From Octopus sinensis (taxonomy: Eukaryota): a DNA stretch of 64,000 nucleotides. Numbering within the stretch: position 1 is the first letter of the stretch; each line of letters starts with the position of its first letter. Both the position numbers and the translations under genes were made by a program. Of the stretch, positions 1-13,697 are shown piece after piece. The notes under the pieces are model-generated. The model did no database searches. It was not told the DNA's origin and saw only the letters and a list, made by a program, of their open reading frames with translations. The DNA lies in contig NC_043013.1 of NCBI RefSeq assembly GCF_006345805.1, positions 56,606,001 to 56,670,000 on the forward strand, read 5' to 3'.

Positions 1-228
1 CTTTTTAACCAACTTTACCATAGCACGATCATCTCTCTTGGTCGTTTTTCTTGGCCTACGTGTAGACTTTCTTGCTTCACACGAACCACAATCATCGTAG
101 ACCTTAAGAATACCGTGAACAACACTTTTTGACTTGTTAACAATCTTTGCAATAGACCCAATACTTAAATTATCCTTCTTTCGAAGCTTAATAATCTGCT
201 GACGAATTGGTAACGGAGTAAGTGGCAT
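1..228 (-). mobile_element. Tc1-family transposase, N-terminal DNA-binding region (continues beyond the window start)
   Basis: Manual minus-strand translation from ATG at 228 is open to position 1: MPLTPLPIRQQIIKLRKKDNLSIGSIAKIVNKSKSVVHGILKVYDDCGSCEARKSTRRPRKTTKRDDRAMVKLVKK. This is a paired-like HTH plus GRPR-like hook typical of Tc1 transposases. A TIR-like motif (ggcggccaaaatgatcagaac, minus strand) lies near 352-372. Confidence 0.8.
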
Positions 229-502
229 TATATTAACAAAGTACACTGCAGATATTTTTACTAATGTTTAGTAAACTAACCGTCAGGTAAACAACTTCAA
301 AACGTTAGAGTTCGCCGGTTAAATATACTAAAACACGGAGTAAAAGCAATCGTTCTGATCATTTTGGCCGCCATGGGTTTTGCACTAAATCACTAAATCA
401 TCCATAACGTTTGTATTATCCTCTCAAATTACACCAAAATCTCAGACAATAACAATTAATATCGTATTTATTGTGTGTGAAACAAGGCCGTTCTCTCTGC
501 TA

Positions 503-690
503 TCACTTGACAACTGATCCTGGTGTGTTTATGTTCCTGTAGCCTAGTGGTTTGGTAAAAGAGACTGAGAGAATAAATACTAGGCTTACAAAGAATAAGT
601 CCTGGGGTCGATTTGTCCAACTAAAACCCTACAAGGCAGTGCTCCAGCATGGCCACAGTGAAATAACTGAAACAAATAATTTAATAAAAG
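503..690 (+). mobile_element. 3' half of abundant tRNA-derived SINE family S1
   Basis: Matches the 3' halves of the complete copies at 59525-59910 and 61065-61475 (ggtgtgtttatg...gaataagtcctggggtcgatt...ccagcatggcc...actgaaacaa). Confidence 0.7.
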
Positions 691-746
691 AATATTGTCC
701 TGAAGCCTACAATTTTGTGGGGAAAGGACGATCAATTACAATGACC

Positions 747-919
747 CTAGGGCTAAACTGAGATTGTAATGATTTTAAATTTTGGCATAAGACCAGAAAT
801 TTCAGGGGCAGAAGTAAGTCCAACTGGTCCTTACTTCTGACCCTGAAATTTCTGGTCTTATGCCAAAATTTAAAATCATTATTATTATTATTATTGCAAC
901 AATCTCAGTTTAGCCCTAG
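747..919. repeat. Foldback inverted repeat
   Basis: Inner 51-bp arms 768-818 and 830-880 (one mismatch, 11-nt loop); outer 21-bp arms 747-767 and 899-919. Confidence 0.9.
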
Positions 920-977
920 TGTAATTTATGTTTTCCATGAATTTTTCACAGGTCCAGCTAGTTATTATTATTATTAA

Positions 978-1332
978 AGGCAGCGAGTTGGCGGAATCCT
1001 AACTGGGCTGGGTAAAATGCTTAGTGGCATTTTGTATGTCTCTACATTCTGAGTTCAAATTCTGCCAAGGTCAACTTTACCTTTCGTCCTTTAGGGGTTG
1101 ATAAAATAAGTACCAGTTGGACTCAGAAAGCATCTATTTTAGTGTACTGGTGCCATGTGAAATGTTTGTATATTATGACCGTCTGTCTTTACTTTCTGAG
1201 TTCAAATTCTGCTGAGATTGACTTTGCCTTTCTTCCTTTTGGGGTCAATAAATCAAGTATCAGTTGTGTACTGGGGTCGATCTAATCAACTGGCCCCCTC
1301 CCCCCAAAAAAAAACTTCACACCTAGAAAAGT
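978..1332 (+). mobile_element. Two copies of SINE family S2
   Basis: Shared core ttctgagttcaaattctgc...gactttgcctttc.tccttt.ggggtc.ataaa..aagtaccagtt, repeated at 10440-11075, 23458-23660, and on the minus strand at 3425-3590 and 35085-35263. Confidence 0.75.
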
Positions 1333-1804
1333 ATATTGTGTCAGTTACAGAATGTAGAAAGTAACGTAACACCAATGACTATATAATCAAAACAAAATAT
1401 CTCAGTTACACAAACGTAAATGGAATTACTATTTAACCTTAAAATACATCGTACATATTCAAAGAATATTCATGTACAAATTGAAATGCAAAAGAATGAA
1501 ATAATAAATGAATTCATGAATAAAAATTTGGTAATTGCGTTTTTTTCCACCATGGGACGCCTTATTGCAAACATGTTTTAACTAAGCTAAACTATACACA
1601 CACACAAATACATTCATATGTCTCGAGTTGTAGCTGTAATTGAAAGGGGCCAGCCTTGTCATATTCTGTGTGAGGCTGAATCTCCCTGAGAATTACGTTA
1701 ATGTTATGCATATCTGTGGAGTACTCGGCCATTTGTGAGTTAGTTTTATTGTCGTGTGGTAATGAAAAGTGAAATTGACATCCAATATTTGCTGTGTGTA
1801 TATA

Positions 1805-3097
1805 CGAGGGGCGTTCAATAAGTAATGCCCCTGACCAACTTCCCATAGCAGTAGAGCAACGAAACTTGGCACAGTTATTAGTATTTTTCTACATAAAAAC
1901 CACCCAGAGTTACGCATTTCTCCCGTTGTTTGATGCAGCTTTGGAGACCGTTTTTGTAGAAGACCCCAGTTTGGTCCTCCAACCATGACGTGACTTCAGA
2001 AATCAAGGCTGGATCATCTGGGAAACGCTTTCCTTTCAAAAACAACCTCATGGCTAGGAAGAGGTGAAAATCAGAAGGTGCAAGGTCAGGAGAGTAGGGG
2101 GATGGGGGAGGAGTTCATAGCCGCACGCCTGTGCTTCTGATCTGGCGACACGCGAGTTGTGGACCGGAGCGTTGTCCTGCAGGAGGAGGATGCCTTTGCT
2201 GATCTTGCCCCGCTTCTTTATTTTGATAGCTTCTCTTAATTTCCTCAAAAGTGAAGCATAGTAGGCTCCTGTAATTGTGGTACCCTTTGCCAGGAAATCT
2301 GTCATCACTTCTCTGTCCTGGTCCCAGAAGACTGTGAGCATGACCTTGCCAGTGGAGGGCTGCACCCTTGCCTTCTTTGGAGGAGGTGAGTCATGGTGCT
2401 TCCACTGCATTGACTGGGCTTTGGTCTCTGGATCATAGTGATGGACCCAGGTTTCATCCTGTGTAATCAGTCTTTTGAAAAATTTTGTCTCATCATCTTG
2501 GCACATCTCCAAATTCATCCTCGAGCACTCGACACGTTCTTGCTTCTGGAAAGGTGTGAGCAACCTGGGAATCCATCTGGAAGACACCTTTTGCATATGC
2601 AAATGATCATGAATGATAGTTTCCACAGGCCAGGTACTAATCTTGACTTCATGGGCTATTTGGCGAATAGTTATGCGTCGATCTTCCAAAATGGCAGCCT
2701 CAACTTGACGGACAGATGCCTCATCAATGGCAGAAGGGGGGGCGACCAGATCTGGGAGCTGTTTCCACAGAGTTCCAACCATGTTTGAATTCACAATGCC
2801 AGCGTTTTACAAGGTCATATGATGGGGCATCATCGCCATAAGTTACTTTCATTTCATCAAAAGTCTCCCGTGGTGTGCGTCCTTTCAAATACAAAAACCG
2901 GATCACTGCTCGACACTGAACAGGCTCCATTTCACACTTGACTCAGTTCAAACACCTGTAAATCAGAAACCACAATTAGTTCAGAGCTGTAATTTGCCAC
3001 TTAATCTACAGAGATATAAATAATTGCACATGCAAAACTTCAGCTAGATCAAACAATTGCAAGCAGGTTAGAAGCATTACTTATTGAACATCCCTCG
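1805..3097 (-). mobile_element. Full-length mariner (DD34D) transposon, about 1.29 kb
   Basis: Terminal inverted repeats cgaggggcgttcaataagtaatgc / gcattacttattgaacatccctcg, each flanked by TA; contains a transposase pseudogene. Confidence 0.95.
1878..2930 (-). pseudogene. Mariner transposase with frameshifts
   Basis: ORF 2724-2930 (MEPVQCRAVIRFL...SGRP), ORF 2054-2794 (RWIPRLL, TQDETW, LQDNAPVH), then in a shifted frame YSPDLAPSDFHLF...YVEKY* ending at 1878. Confidence 0.92.
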
Positions 3098-4507
3098 TAT
3101 GTATTTATGTATGAACTATACTTTGGATTTAAATATCTACTGTCGCTCTCACTTTCCCCCTCTTCTCTCCCACTTTTTATTTAACAATGTGTATCTATGT
3201 ATCTACTTCTCTTGCGATATGATAAACATTTATAAACATAAAATGAATGCCATCACCACTCACTGTATTTTTCACTCTCTTTCCATCTCTCTTACTTCCT
3301 CTCTGTCCTCATCACTCTTTCTTTGCCACTTCTTTGAAGTGTGACACACACAACAGGTACGTACAAAAACAACTAGTTAGCATATTAATATTATTGATAA
3401 TAATAATAATAATTCTTTCTCATTTGGCCAGTTGATTACACCAATTCCAGGGTTAATTGTTACCTTATTTCATTGACTGTAAAAGGATGAAAGGCAAAGT
3501 TGACATTGGTGGGATTTGAACTCAGAATGGAAAGAGCTGGAAGAAATGATACTAAGCTTTTGCTCAGACATGCCAATTATTTTGCCAGCATGCTATCTTA
3601 GCAACATCAACAACAACCATAAGGAAAGTAACAATAAAAACTTCTCATGAGTAACAGTACTGGAAATGATAAATTCATCTTGTAGATGCAGGCATAGATA
3701 TGGAAGAGAAAGAGAAAGAAAAGAACAGGCTTTAGAAGGACATAATAAAGAGAGAGGGGAGGGGTAGAGAGATAAAGGGAGGGAGGGCTGGAAGAGAGAG
3801 TTACAAGTAATAAAGCATAGCAGAAATCTAGCAGACAAATATAGACACACATAAACATCCACCACCACAACCACCACCACCACCACCACTCAAATATTAG
3901 CAAAGAATAAGAAACAAGATCACTGGATTAATAGATTGCTGGATTAATGGTTTATTTCACGGCTATGAACAGCTAATCTCCATGGAAAGCAACATTATAT
4001 AGTCTTTGAATTGTGTTATCCTACACATACATATACACGTATATGTGTGTGTGTAAACACACAGACACACACGTGCGCGTGTGCGTTTCTTAACTCGTAA
4101 TTAATGAACTAATGTTGTCCTTGTTACCATTTTCTTCTTCTGTCATTTGTTCTTCTTAAAAGTCATTAAATGCTGCTGCAGACATTTAGGATTCAAACAA
4201 GATTCTTCACACTAATTATTTATAACTCCTGCCAAATTTTACGTCACATTTTTGGAAATTTCATTTATTTTATATCTCAGTTTATATGTTTAACAATAGT
4301 GTTGGTGATTGTAAGCTTAAAACAGGTAAAAACCACTGATTGACATCATTTCTGGTAGTTAGAGTAATAAGGGAATGTTTATAACTCAGGGCAGAACAAT
4401 TATCTCAAGGATCTTCATCAGTGAGACACAAATGATTGTCTTCACACAAAAGTGAGCTAAGAAGATGACTCAAAGTGTCTGGCAGTATGTATTCAGACAC
4501 AGACATA

Positions 4508-5374
4508 CGAGAGGATACCAAAAAAGAAACCAGAATTTGGCAATATCATTTTATTCACCTGGTCTTACGTGGTTACACTTTTTATCCCCTTCAAAATATT
4601 CTCCATTTGAAGCACTGCATCAGTCACGGCACCTTTTCCACTATTCAATGCAGTACATGGACTCTTGTGAAGTGATGACTTTTAACAGCTCAGCTGTTTT
4701 CTTCTTCACCTCTTCCACATCTGCAAATTCCATAGCACCAGCTCTCATCACCAGTGATGATCTTTGAAATATGATCCAGATCAACTTCCAGCTGTTCTTT
4801 TGCTTTACAACATGCCTTCAACCATGCTTTTGATCTTCTGTGAGCAAGTGAGCCACAAATTTTGATGCAATTCATTTCATTTGCAATTCCTAGCTCAAAA
4901 TTCGTTGGCAGAAGCTCCAGAATACACCAGTCATGCCAATAAATTCATCAATTGTTCAGTGACGGTTCCACCAGGATCACTTCATGAATTTTCATGATGT
5001 TTCCATTCATTCAGGTGGTTGACAGGTGCCCTGGATGAGGCTGGTCTTGAAGCGACATATGACCATTTCTAAAGCATGAAAACGCCTTGTAAACTTGTGT
5101 TTTGCTCATGGCAGCATGCTTGTAAGCTGTTTGAAGCATGACAACTGTTTTCCTCAGCAGAAAACAGAATTTCAGCCCTCACAAAAATTGACAAACAGGG
5201 GAGAAGCACCACAGAACAAAGACACTCCACCTGGCTGTATGACTACACCCAACCAGGACAGTCAGCAAACTGATGCCTGAGGGTTGAATCAAGTGGCTTC
5301 AATTGATGCAAGTCAGAACTACAACATGTTTAGCCCCCAGAGAATGTTTCTGGTCACTCTGGGGTACCCCTTTC
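4508..5374 (-). mobile_element. Degenerate, internally deleted mariner element
   Basis: Remnant IITGDESWCYG in ORF 4690-4875; decayed TIRs (cgagaggataccaaaaaagaaaccagaa / ttctggtcactctggggtacccctttc) with TA flanks. Confidence 0.7.
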
Positions 5375-8300
5375 TACACTAGTTTAACAGATACCATGCA
5401 ACATATATTTTTAATTTATGATAACAATCTCCTTTTCTTGAGGATGAGTTCTTAATTAACAATCTGCAATTGTGAGCAGCTTCATGTTCACTTTTGGATG
5501 AATTTATTTCAGATAACAGTGACTGGCTGAGAAGAGGACAGAAACTTTGAACAACACATTGGTTAATGCACTTGTTTGAAGCTAGCTTCCTATGCAACGG
5601 TCAATTATTATGTGTGTGGCTGTAAAGAACTGGAAAAATGGCGAACTTCTGAGTAAAAACCATTACTGCTGCTACTGTTATTGTTTCTAGAGTACCACTT
5701 ATTGCAGTTCCAAGTACAGTACAAAAAGAAGGAAGAATATGGCAGAATGTGGCCCAGTCTGAAACTAAGTCGGTTAATGGAAGGACAACTGTCTTTCTAA
5801 AATGCTTGAGTTTCAAGAAGAGAACCTGATGCAGTTTCAAAATGAGCCGAAAGAAATAACATGAGAGAAACGGGCAAAGGGATACCCAACTCTCAAGTAG
5901 TAGTTTATCAATGGAGATCACACCAATATTTGGGTGATATCTAGAATTAAGTTACCAAATGGCTGTGGGAATTGTTGCAGATCAACCAAGGTTGAAGATA
6001 TCCACATGCCGATTTTGAGAAATCAGTTTACAAAAGACGATCAGAATGCAATATACTCTGGGTTGTTAAGTAGCCTGATCTCACTGAGATATCAACATGT
6101 TACCTTCCTTTATGGGTGGTCTACCCTAATTTGTTTTGTCAACTGAACTTTTAGCCTGTCAACATATATTTTATTGTACTTTTCTTTCCCCACCACTCTG
6201 TATTATATATGGATGTTTCTGTCTGTATGACAAAGCTTGCAGTGTGTATATAGGGTCTTCTGGCAATTAAAGGAAATATTATTCAGTTGTCTTATTTTGA
6301 TCCTATGCTTTCATTGTCCTACCAAGCACAGCTCGGTCTGCCTTCGCTATGTGCTGCCATTTGTTTTGGTGTAGTTATTTTCACTGTTTAAGGTGCTTTA
6401 TGTAGGACGTGTGTGTGATACCTTGTGGTGCCATTTTCTCTATGTTACATACATTTGCATAAGTCCTGCTGTTCTGGTTGTGTATTTTTTTTTAATCATA
6501 CCTAATGCACCTTTTAGTATAGTGATTGTTTTTGTTTCCATGTTCCTCGTTCAGATTATCTTCTCCTGCTCCTCCTCCTCCCCCTCCCCTTCCTTCTTCT
6601 CCCTTTCTTTCTATTCTGAGATCAAATTTGCTTTTCACATTTTTGGGTGGGGGGTGGGGGCAATAGAATAGGTACCAGTTAAATACTGGAGTCGATGCAA
6701 TCAAGTTGGCTCCTCCCCAAAATTGCTGGCCTTGTGCCAAAATTTGAAACCATAATGATAATAATAATAATTCATTATTATTATTATCATCACCACCATC
6801 ATCGTCATTGTTGTTGATGTTGTTTAAATGATCTGTCTAAAGAGTAACAGTGTGGATGCAGACAAAAGCCTCTCTTCAGTAACATGATGTTGAGCCAATC
6901 ATAACAAAACACACCGATGCTTTCAATAGTTTAACACCCGATATGAATAGCTGGGATATATTAGTCCATATCTGCTGCAATCTTGATCGTATGTTATTCC
7001 GGCAATACTCTGTAGCAGTCACTTTGCACAAAACACTCGTTTGTCTAAATTCTCCTCCCTTCCAATGCAATTTGATCTGCAATAAAATTTATAAAAGCTT
7101 CAATCAGTCTGATAATAATGTGAATTCTGACAATAATGTTTGATTGTTGACCTGGTTGAGCTACAAACACAATGCTGGTTTCTTCCCAAGATATACTTTG
7201 TTCTTCCATCGGCCATTATCAAAGCAAGTGGTGATAGAGATACAGTTAGAGAGATGAAGAGAGAGAGAGAGAAACTGACAGACAGACAGTAAGAGAAAGA
7301 GGAAGAAGAGAGAGAATGTGTGTGTGTGTGTGTGTGTGTTTAATTGTTGCGTTTCCCAGACAAACTATTCAATTGTTTATTTGCTTTCAAAACTGCAGAA
7401 AGTTTTTAAAAGCCAAGATAACAACAAGGAATTCAATTGTATAGAGGTGGGTCTGTTGAGCCTCCGGGTAAAAACTATTTTAATGTTGGCTTAGCTACTC
7501 AATAATCAGTGCCAAGTTGTTGAATTTCTGTTGAGATGAAAGAGGAAAAACTAACAAGAGTCTGTGAAACTAGAATACAGAAGAATCAGATATTGTATGT
7601 GATGCTCACCAAATTTGTAAAGTGCTATATTTCTTCTTTGTTATGTATCTTAAATATTCTACAGGGGACTGGCAGAACTGGTAGAGTGCTAGACAAAATG
7701 AAATTATACTATATAGCACTGGGTTATAATGTTTAAAATAAATGAGTTCAAATCCTGCTTAGATCTATTTTGCATTCTGTTGAGTGTGTCAGATGTGGAG
7801 GCATGTGCCATTGCATAATGTTGCTGCATTCACCATTTATTGGTTTATTCCAGGGTCCTCTTGGATGACCCATCAAACAGAGTCCCAGTCTGTTCCCATG
7901 GCCATGAGATGCCTCCTCATCTGCCATCACCATCTGGCATGGAGTCAGCTGACTCCAACCATCAACCCAACCAGATCCTCAGTGCAGAGAACATGATGAA
8001 AGCCTGGCACACAAAACAGCTTGGACACTTGTCTACTGAATGGTGCAAAGGAATCATCTTCCAGGAATGTGAAATCTCTGTTCCGCCAGTTGTATCTACT
8101 CACATTAATTAAATTTAGCAGTTTCTATTTGAATTCAATTTTTTTAAGGAATCTGTGTTGTTGCTGTGTCGCTGATAGTTTTGTACAAGCAATTCTGGTG
8201 TGATTGTTGGTCATCTGGAGAATCTTTTCAGTTGCATAGTCAGGACAAGTTTCATCAGTTACTCGTAGTTCTGTGATGCGTTCTGCTGATGCGCAATTGA

Positions 8301-8419
8301 CATTTGACTTGGTCTGTGTGTGTGTTGTGTTAACAGCAACCTCAATTGCTGTTAACACAATCTGGAACAGAGATGACCAGGCAGTCCACCACTGGGTCAG
8401 TAACATTTTATGACAGTCC

Positions 8420-8456
8420 ATCGTCATCATCATCATCATTGTCATCATCATCATCG

Positions 8457-8493
<37 letters not shown>

Positions 8494-8579
8494 TGTCATC
8501 ATCATCGTCATCGTCATCATCATCATCATCATTGTTATCATCATCATCGTCGTCGTCATCATCGTCATCATCATCATCG

Positions 8580-8613
<34 letters not shown>

Positions 8614-8714
8614 TGTCATCATCATCATCGTCATCGTCATCATCATCATCATCATCATCATCGTTATCATCATCATCATCGTCGTCGTCATCATCGTCAT
8701 CATCATCATCATCG

Positions 8715-8745
<31 letters not shown>

Positions 8746-8769
8746 TGTCATCATTATCATCTTCATTGT
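8420..8769. repeat. (CAT)n/(CGT) trinucleotide microsatellite, about 350 bp
   Basis: Seen directly; it produces the poly-Ser, poly-His and poly-Met ORFs. Confidence 0.97.
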
Positions 8770-9877
8770 CAAGGAAGTGGTGGCATAATTGTTTCCATCA
8801 TCCTGGTGCTCTTCCTGTTGTTAACCTTCACCAGTTTCTAAGTAAATTCATAATTTCCTTCAAGCCCTTTAAAAGCAAACATCACAATGGCCAGACGTAA
8901 TGTCAACGAAGATTCTGCTTGCTTCAGAGAGACAATCACCTTACAAGTAATATGTGATGTTAAGACAAGAATCCCTCTCTCTCAAATCAATTTATCCTGC
9001 TATATTTTTATTGTTATATTCATTACCACTACAAGATAACCATTTGTTATTTAATATGTTAAATAATTCCATATGTCTAATTTAAAATATTACATGAAAA
9101 AATGCAAGTAACAGAAATAATATTCTTAAGATTATAAACCTGGAAAATTACAGGACAAGTTATTAGACTTGGAAAAGTGCAGGACAACTTATTACATCTG
9201 GTAAAGTACAAAACAAGAAAATTTTTACTTAAAATATTGCAGCTGAGGATAAAATTTCAGATAAAATATTTAGATTTAGAAAATATTAGCTTTTATTAAA
9301 AATTTAAAATTTTATTACAAATTATTACTTCTATTTGTTATTACTTGTTATTTCTATTAAAAATTAAAAATAATTCAACATATTTTTTGCACTTTAAAAG
9401 AATTCAGTTTTTTTAATTATTAATTAATAATTAAAAATTTGAAAAGAGGTTATAAAAAATAGTAGTAGTACATGATTTGTTAGTACAATAAATAGAATTT
9501 TACAAAAATTAGTTATTTATTATAGTAAAATCTACCTATAACAACAAATTCACAGTAAAATTTGCTTGAGTTATTGCCTAAGTTATTGCCAAGTCTTCAT
9601 ATTTTTAGTCTTGACCCAATGCCTATTTTTTACATAATGAATTTGCCTACCATATATACTATTCTACTTTGCTAAAAACCTTAGTTATAGTGGTACTTCT
9701 GTTTCTTATTTTTAAAGTTTTCTAGTGTGTCAACATTTTAATAAAATGATGGTACCTTTTTTTAATTAAAATCTTACTTAAAGGCAGAGGGAGCTGGCAG
9801 CAGTGTTAGCAATGCCAGACGAAATGCCTGGTGGTATTTCATCTGTCGTTACATTCTGATTTCAAGTACTAAGCTTT

Positions 9878-10195
9878 AAAAAATAAATACTGCTGTTGAT
9901 TCGTAAGACTAAAATTCTTCAAAGCAGTGCCCCAGCATGGTCACAGACTAGTGACTGCAACAAGTAAAAGATAAGAGATAGGTACTATATATGATATTTT
10001 TAATTGTCCAATATAGCAAGGTACCCCATATCGTTTAAAAAAAAAATACTGCTGTTGATTCATAAGACTAAAATTCTTCAAAGCAGTGCCCCAGCATGGT
10101 CACAGACTAGTGACTGCAACAAGTAAAAGATAAGAGATAGGTACTATATATGATATTTTTAATTGTCCAATATAGCAAGGTACCCCATATCGTTT
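9878..10195. repeat. Tandem duplication, 2 x 159 bp (SINE 3' end plus flank)
   Basis: 9878-10036 and 10037-10195 are near-identical (ttcgtaag vs ttcataag); junction lies in an A-run. Confidence 0.92.
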
Positions 10196-10439
10196 CAATA
10201 TGTGCAACAAAAATATAACTCCATGGTTGACATTATGAATGAATCTATGTTCAAGAAAATAATTTGCATTTCCCTCAAAATAAATAATAATACCTTTGAC
10301 AGGATTAGAACTCTGTACCTACTGGTTGCCACCTTAACTGACTAGTTTTCAATCTGGCCACATCATCAAAGTATCTCGATGATACAGAATAGATTCAAAA
10401 TGGGAAGCTAGCTGAAAAAGTACTGAGTGGAACTTCATT

Positions 10440-11075
10440 TGTCATTTTGCTTTGAGTTCAAATTCCAGTGGAGTCGATTTTGCATTCATCCTTCTCTCAG
10501 GGTCGATAAATAAATACCAGTGAAGTACTGGGGTCGATGTAGTTGTCTTACCTCTACTCAGGACTACTGGCCTTGTGTCAACATTTCAGACCAATAATAT
10601 GAAACCCAGCAAGCTGGCAGAATCATTGGAACGCTGAGCAAAATACTTAGTGGTATTTCATCTGCTGTTACGTTCTGAGTTCAAATTCTGCTGAGGTCGA
10701 CTTTGCCTTTCATTCTTTCAGGGTCAATTAAATAAGTACCAGTTGTGCACTGGGGTTGATGTAATCAACTTAATCCCTTTGTCTCTCCTTGTTTGTCCCC
10801 TTCTATGTTTAGCCCCCTGTGGGCAATAAATAAATTAAAATAATATGAAACCTGTAAAATCAGATAACTGACCGAATCGTAAGCATGCCAGGCAGCATAG
10901 TGCTTGGATATATTTCTTCCATCTTCATGTTCTGAGCTCAAATTCCACTGAGATCAGATTTGCCTTTTATCCACAGAGGGTCGAAAAAATAAATGCCCGT
11001 TGAGCACTGGGGTCGATGTAATAGACTTAGCCGATCCCTGAACCTGCTGGCCTTGTGCCAAAATTTGAGACCAAT
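10440..11075 (+). mobile_element. Cluster of three S2 SINE copies
   Basis: S2 core repeated at about 10440-10595, 10608-10835 and 10860-11075. Confidence 0.75.
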
Positions 11076-12517
11076 TTATAATGATTTGAAAACAATGAGA
11101 AAAAATAAGCATCACGATGGACAGAGAAATTCAAATACGAAACGATTAAAGATCAACCATTCACACATTTTACAATTTGGAATGTTTATCATTTCTTCTT
11201 GTAGTAGAGAGAGGAAATGATTGGATGATGGTGGTGGTGGTTCTAGAGTTGGTGGTTTGGATAATGCCAGTGGTGGTATGGTGTTTGTACTAATGGTGTT
11301 GGTAGTGCTGTTAATAGAGACATTTGTGGAAGTCAAGGCTGAGATGGTGTGTTTATGACAATAATGGTATGGGTGGTGGTAGTGGTGGTGATGATGAGGA
11401 TTGCATTGGCACTATTAGTGCAGTTAGTGGGTGGAGAGTGGTAGTAGTAGCAGCAGCAGCAGCAGCAACAGTTGCAGAAGTAGTAATGCTGAAGGTATTT
11501 GAACAGCTAAAAGTGTTAAACTCCTGGTCACCAGATTTTAAAGTTCCCACGCTGGTTGGTTGCCTTGTAAATTGGAATTCAACAAAAGTTCTGGCCAGAA
11601 AGATGTGGCACTTAAAAGACCAGACATGGTGGAAGAGAGAAAGGTAGAAGGAAAGAAAGAAAGAAAGAAAGAAAGAGAAGTGGAACAAAGAATAGAGAGA
11701 GAAAGTGTGTTGAAGAGGTCAAGCTAAAAAAAATATTTCCAGAAACAAAAGGAAAATTTGTAACAAACTTTTGTTGCTTCAGTTTTAAAGAAACTAGTTA
11801 TGGTATAATAGGAGTGACAATAAAAACACAGACACACAGACACACGTATATATCTGTATATATACATACAAACATCGATACATATATATATATATATATA
11901 CATGTATTTATGTGTGTATATGTGTGTATATATATATGTATATGTATATATGTATACACACACATATATATACATACACCCACACACCCACACACAAATA
12001 CAGAATAACCCCAGTTACCCTCCAAAACAATCCCACATGACCACCACATCAAGTTACCAAATATAACCCCTATTGAAGAACTTTTGAAAAATACTTTTCT
12101 ATATTGAAAGAGAAAGTTTTACCCAGAGAAAAGAAAGCAGATAAAATGCGATGGAGTGACACAAGATAACAATATTCTCCTCACTTTTCTCTTCAAATAA
12201 AAATCTCAATGTGCCGCCATCTTGATATTTTTATTTGTTTTTTATTCCTTTTTCTTCTTTTTTTAACGCCAGTCTTGAAGAACAATATCAAAGTGATGCT
12301 TCGATCAATGATCGCAATATAGTTGGAGTTGAATACCTTTTGAGAAGAGATGCTGTTGTTCATGTTGTTGTTGTTGCTGATAAGTGATAGAAAAGTTTTT
12401 AGATAACTTATATTTTACATCATTTTTGTTCTGTACCAGTCACTGCACACTTACTGCCTATGCTAGCAGATGTCTGGGTACATACACATACACACTCACA
12501 TACACACACATGCACAC

Positions 12518-12556
<39 letters not shown>

Positions 12557-12938
12557 TCACATACACATGCTCACATACACCCCACAAGCATAGATACACA
12601 CTCACACATCCAAATATACACACAAACATATATATCCAAAATATTCCACCACAAACATCGATTAAACTTTCAAATATGCTTCACCTCACAAATATATACA
12701 CACTTTAATGTTGATAAGTTCCCAGCAGAGCTGTTTCTCTAAGCATCATCATCATCACAAAGCTACACCAATGGCAAATATTTCATCTATACATAACTAT
12801 TTATAAGTGTGTATGTGTGTATATATATATATATATGTATTTATTAAATTTATATATATATATTTACATATATACTTTATGGTTCTGTTCAGGTAGGATC
12901 CACAAAATTAAGTATTCCATCCTGGGAGTGATAGATGT

Positions 12939-13113
12939 CATTTAATGTGCACAGTGTCTAAAATAAGAGCTGCAAATAGTTTCATACCATGGAGACACTG
13001 AGATTAGGGATATTTGTATAACATGCCTTGTGTCTCCATGCAGTTTAATCTCAGTGTCTCTAGGACAAGAAGCCATTAGCAGTTCTTATTTTAAATGCAG
13101 TATACATTAAATG
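12939..13113. repeat. Imperfect ~68-bp inverted repeat between (TA)n tracts
   Basis: catttaatgt...gagacactgagatta (12939-13006) vs taatctcagtgtctc...acattaaatg (13046-13113). Confidence 0.75.
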
Positions 13114-13343
13114 ATGTTTACATGTATGTATATATAAATATATGTATATATATGCATGATGTATGTATACATATTACTGAAAGTGCAGGCACGACTGTGC
13201 AGTTCGAATAGGAAGTTCACTTGCCAACTTCTTGGGTTTGGGGACAGTCACACAACATGGCTTTTTAGGAATTGGTCTTTTCCCTCGACCAACCAAACAC
13301 TTATGAGTTGATTTGGTAGACAGGAGCTGTAAGAAGCTTGTTC

Positions 13344-13377
<34 letters not shown>

Positions 13378-13697
13378 GTAGTTTAGTTATTGGGATTTCA
13401 ATCAATAGGTTTGTGGGTATTCCATTTCAGATAATGCAAAAAGAACATAAAGAGTAATTATGATGGGAAACTCGTGGTATTTATATGCACATCAAGAAAT
13501 AATACTTGAGGATAAACCAGTACAATAGCAGGGTATAAAACGTGCTACCTTAATTAGTCCTTACTTGACCCCACTGCACGATATGCTGATGTGGAATACA
13601 CGGTATATATCCTCTATATTAAAATGCATGTAAGGCTAAAAGGTGTATACCTGATCGATTTGGAAATTCATTTTCCCACATTATTCATATATATATA

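Noticed and set aside
8125-8900. Long poly-His, poly-Ser and poly-Met ORFs (also at 17651-18097, 23620-24239, 47995-48684)
   Set aside because: They are translations of (CAT)n microsatellites, which lack stops in several frames.
10290-10411. Minus-strand segment with acceptor- and donor-like sites
   Set aside because: Stops in all three frames after the acceptor.
11724-12742. YI-, CV- and HT-rich ORFs here and across the window
   Set aside because: Read-through of (TA)n/(CA)n dinucleotide repeats.
13500-13560. Another possible hammerhead (cttgaggataaacc...ggtataaaacgt)
   Set aside because: Both core segments are too degenerate to support.
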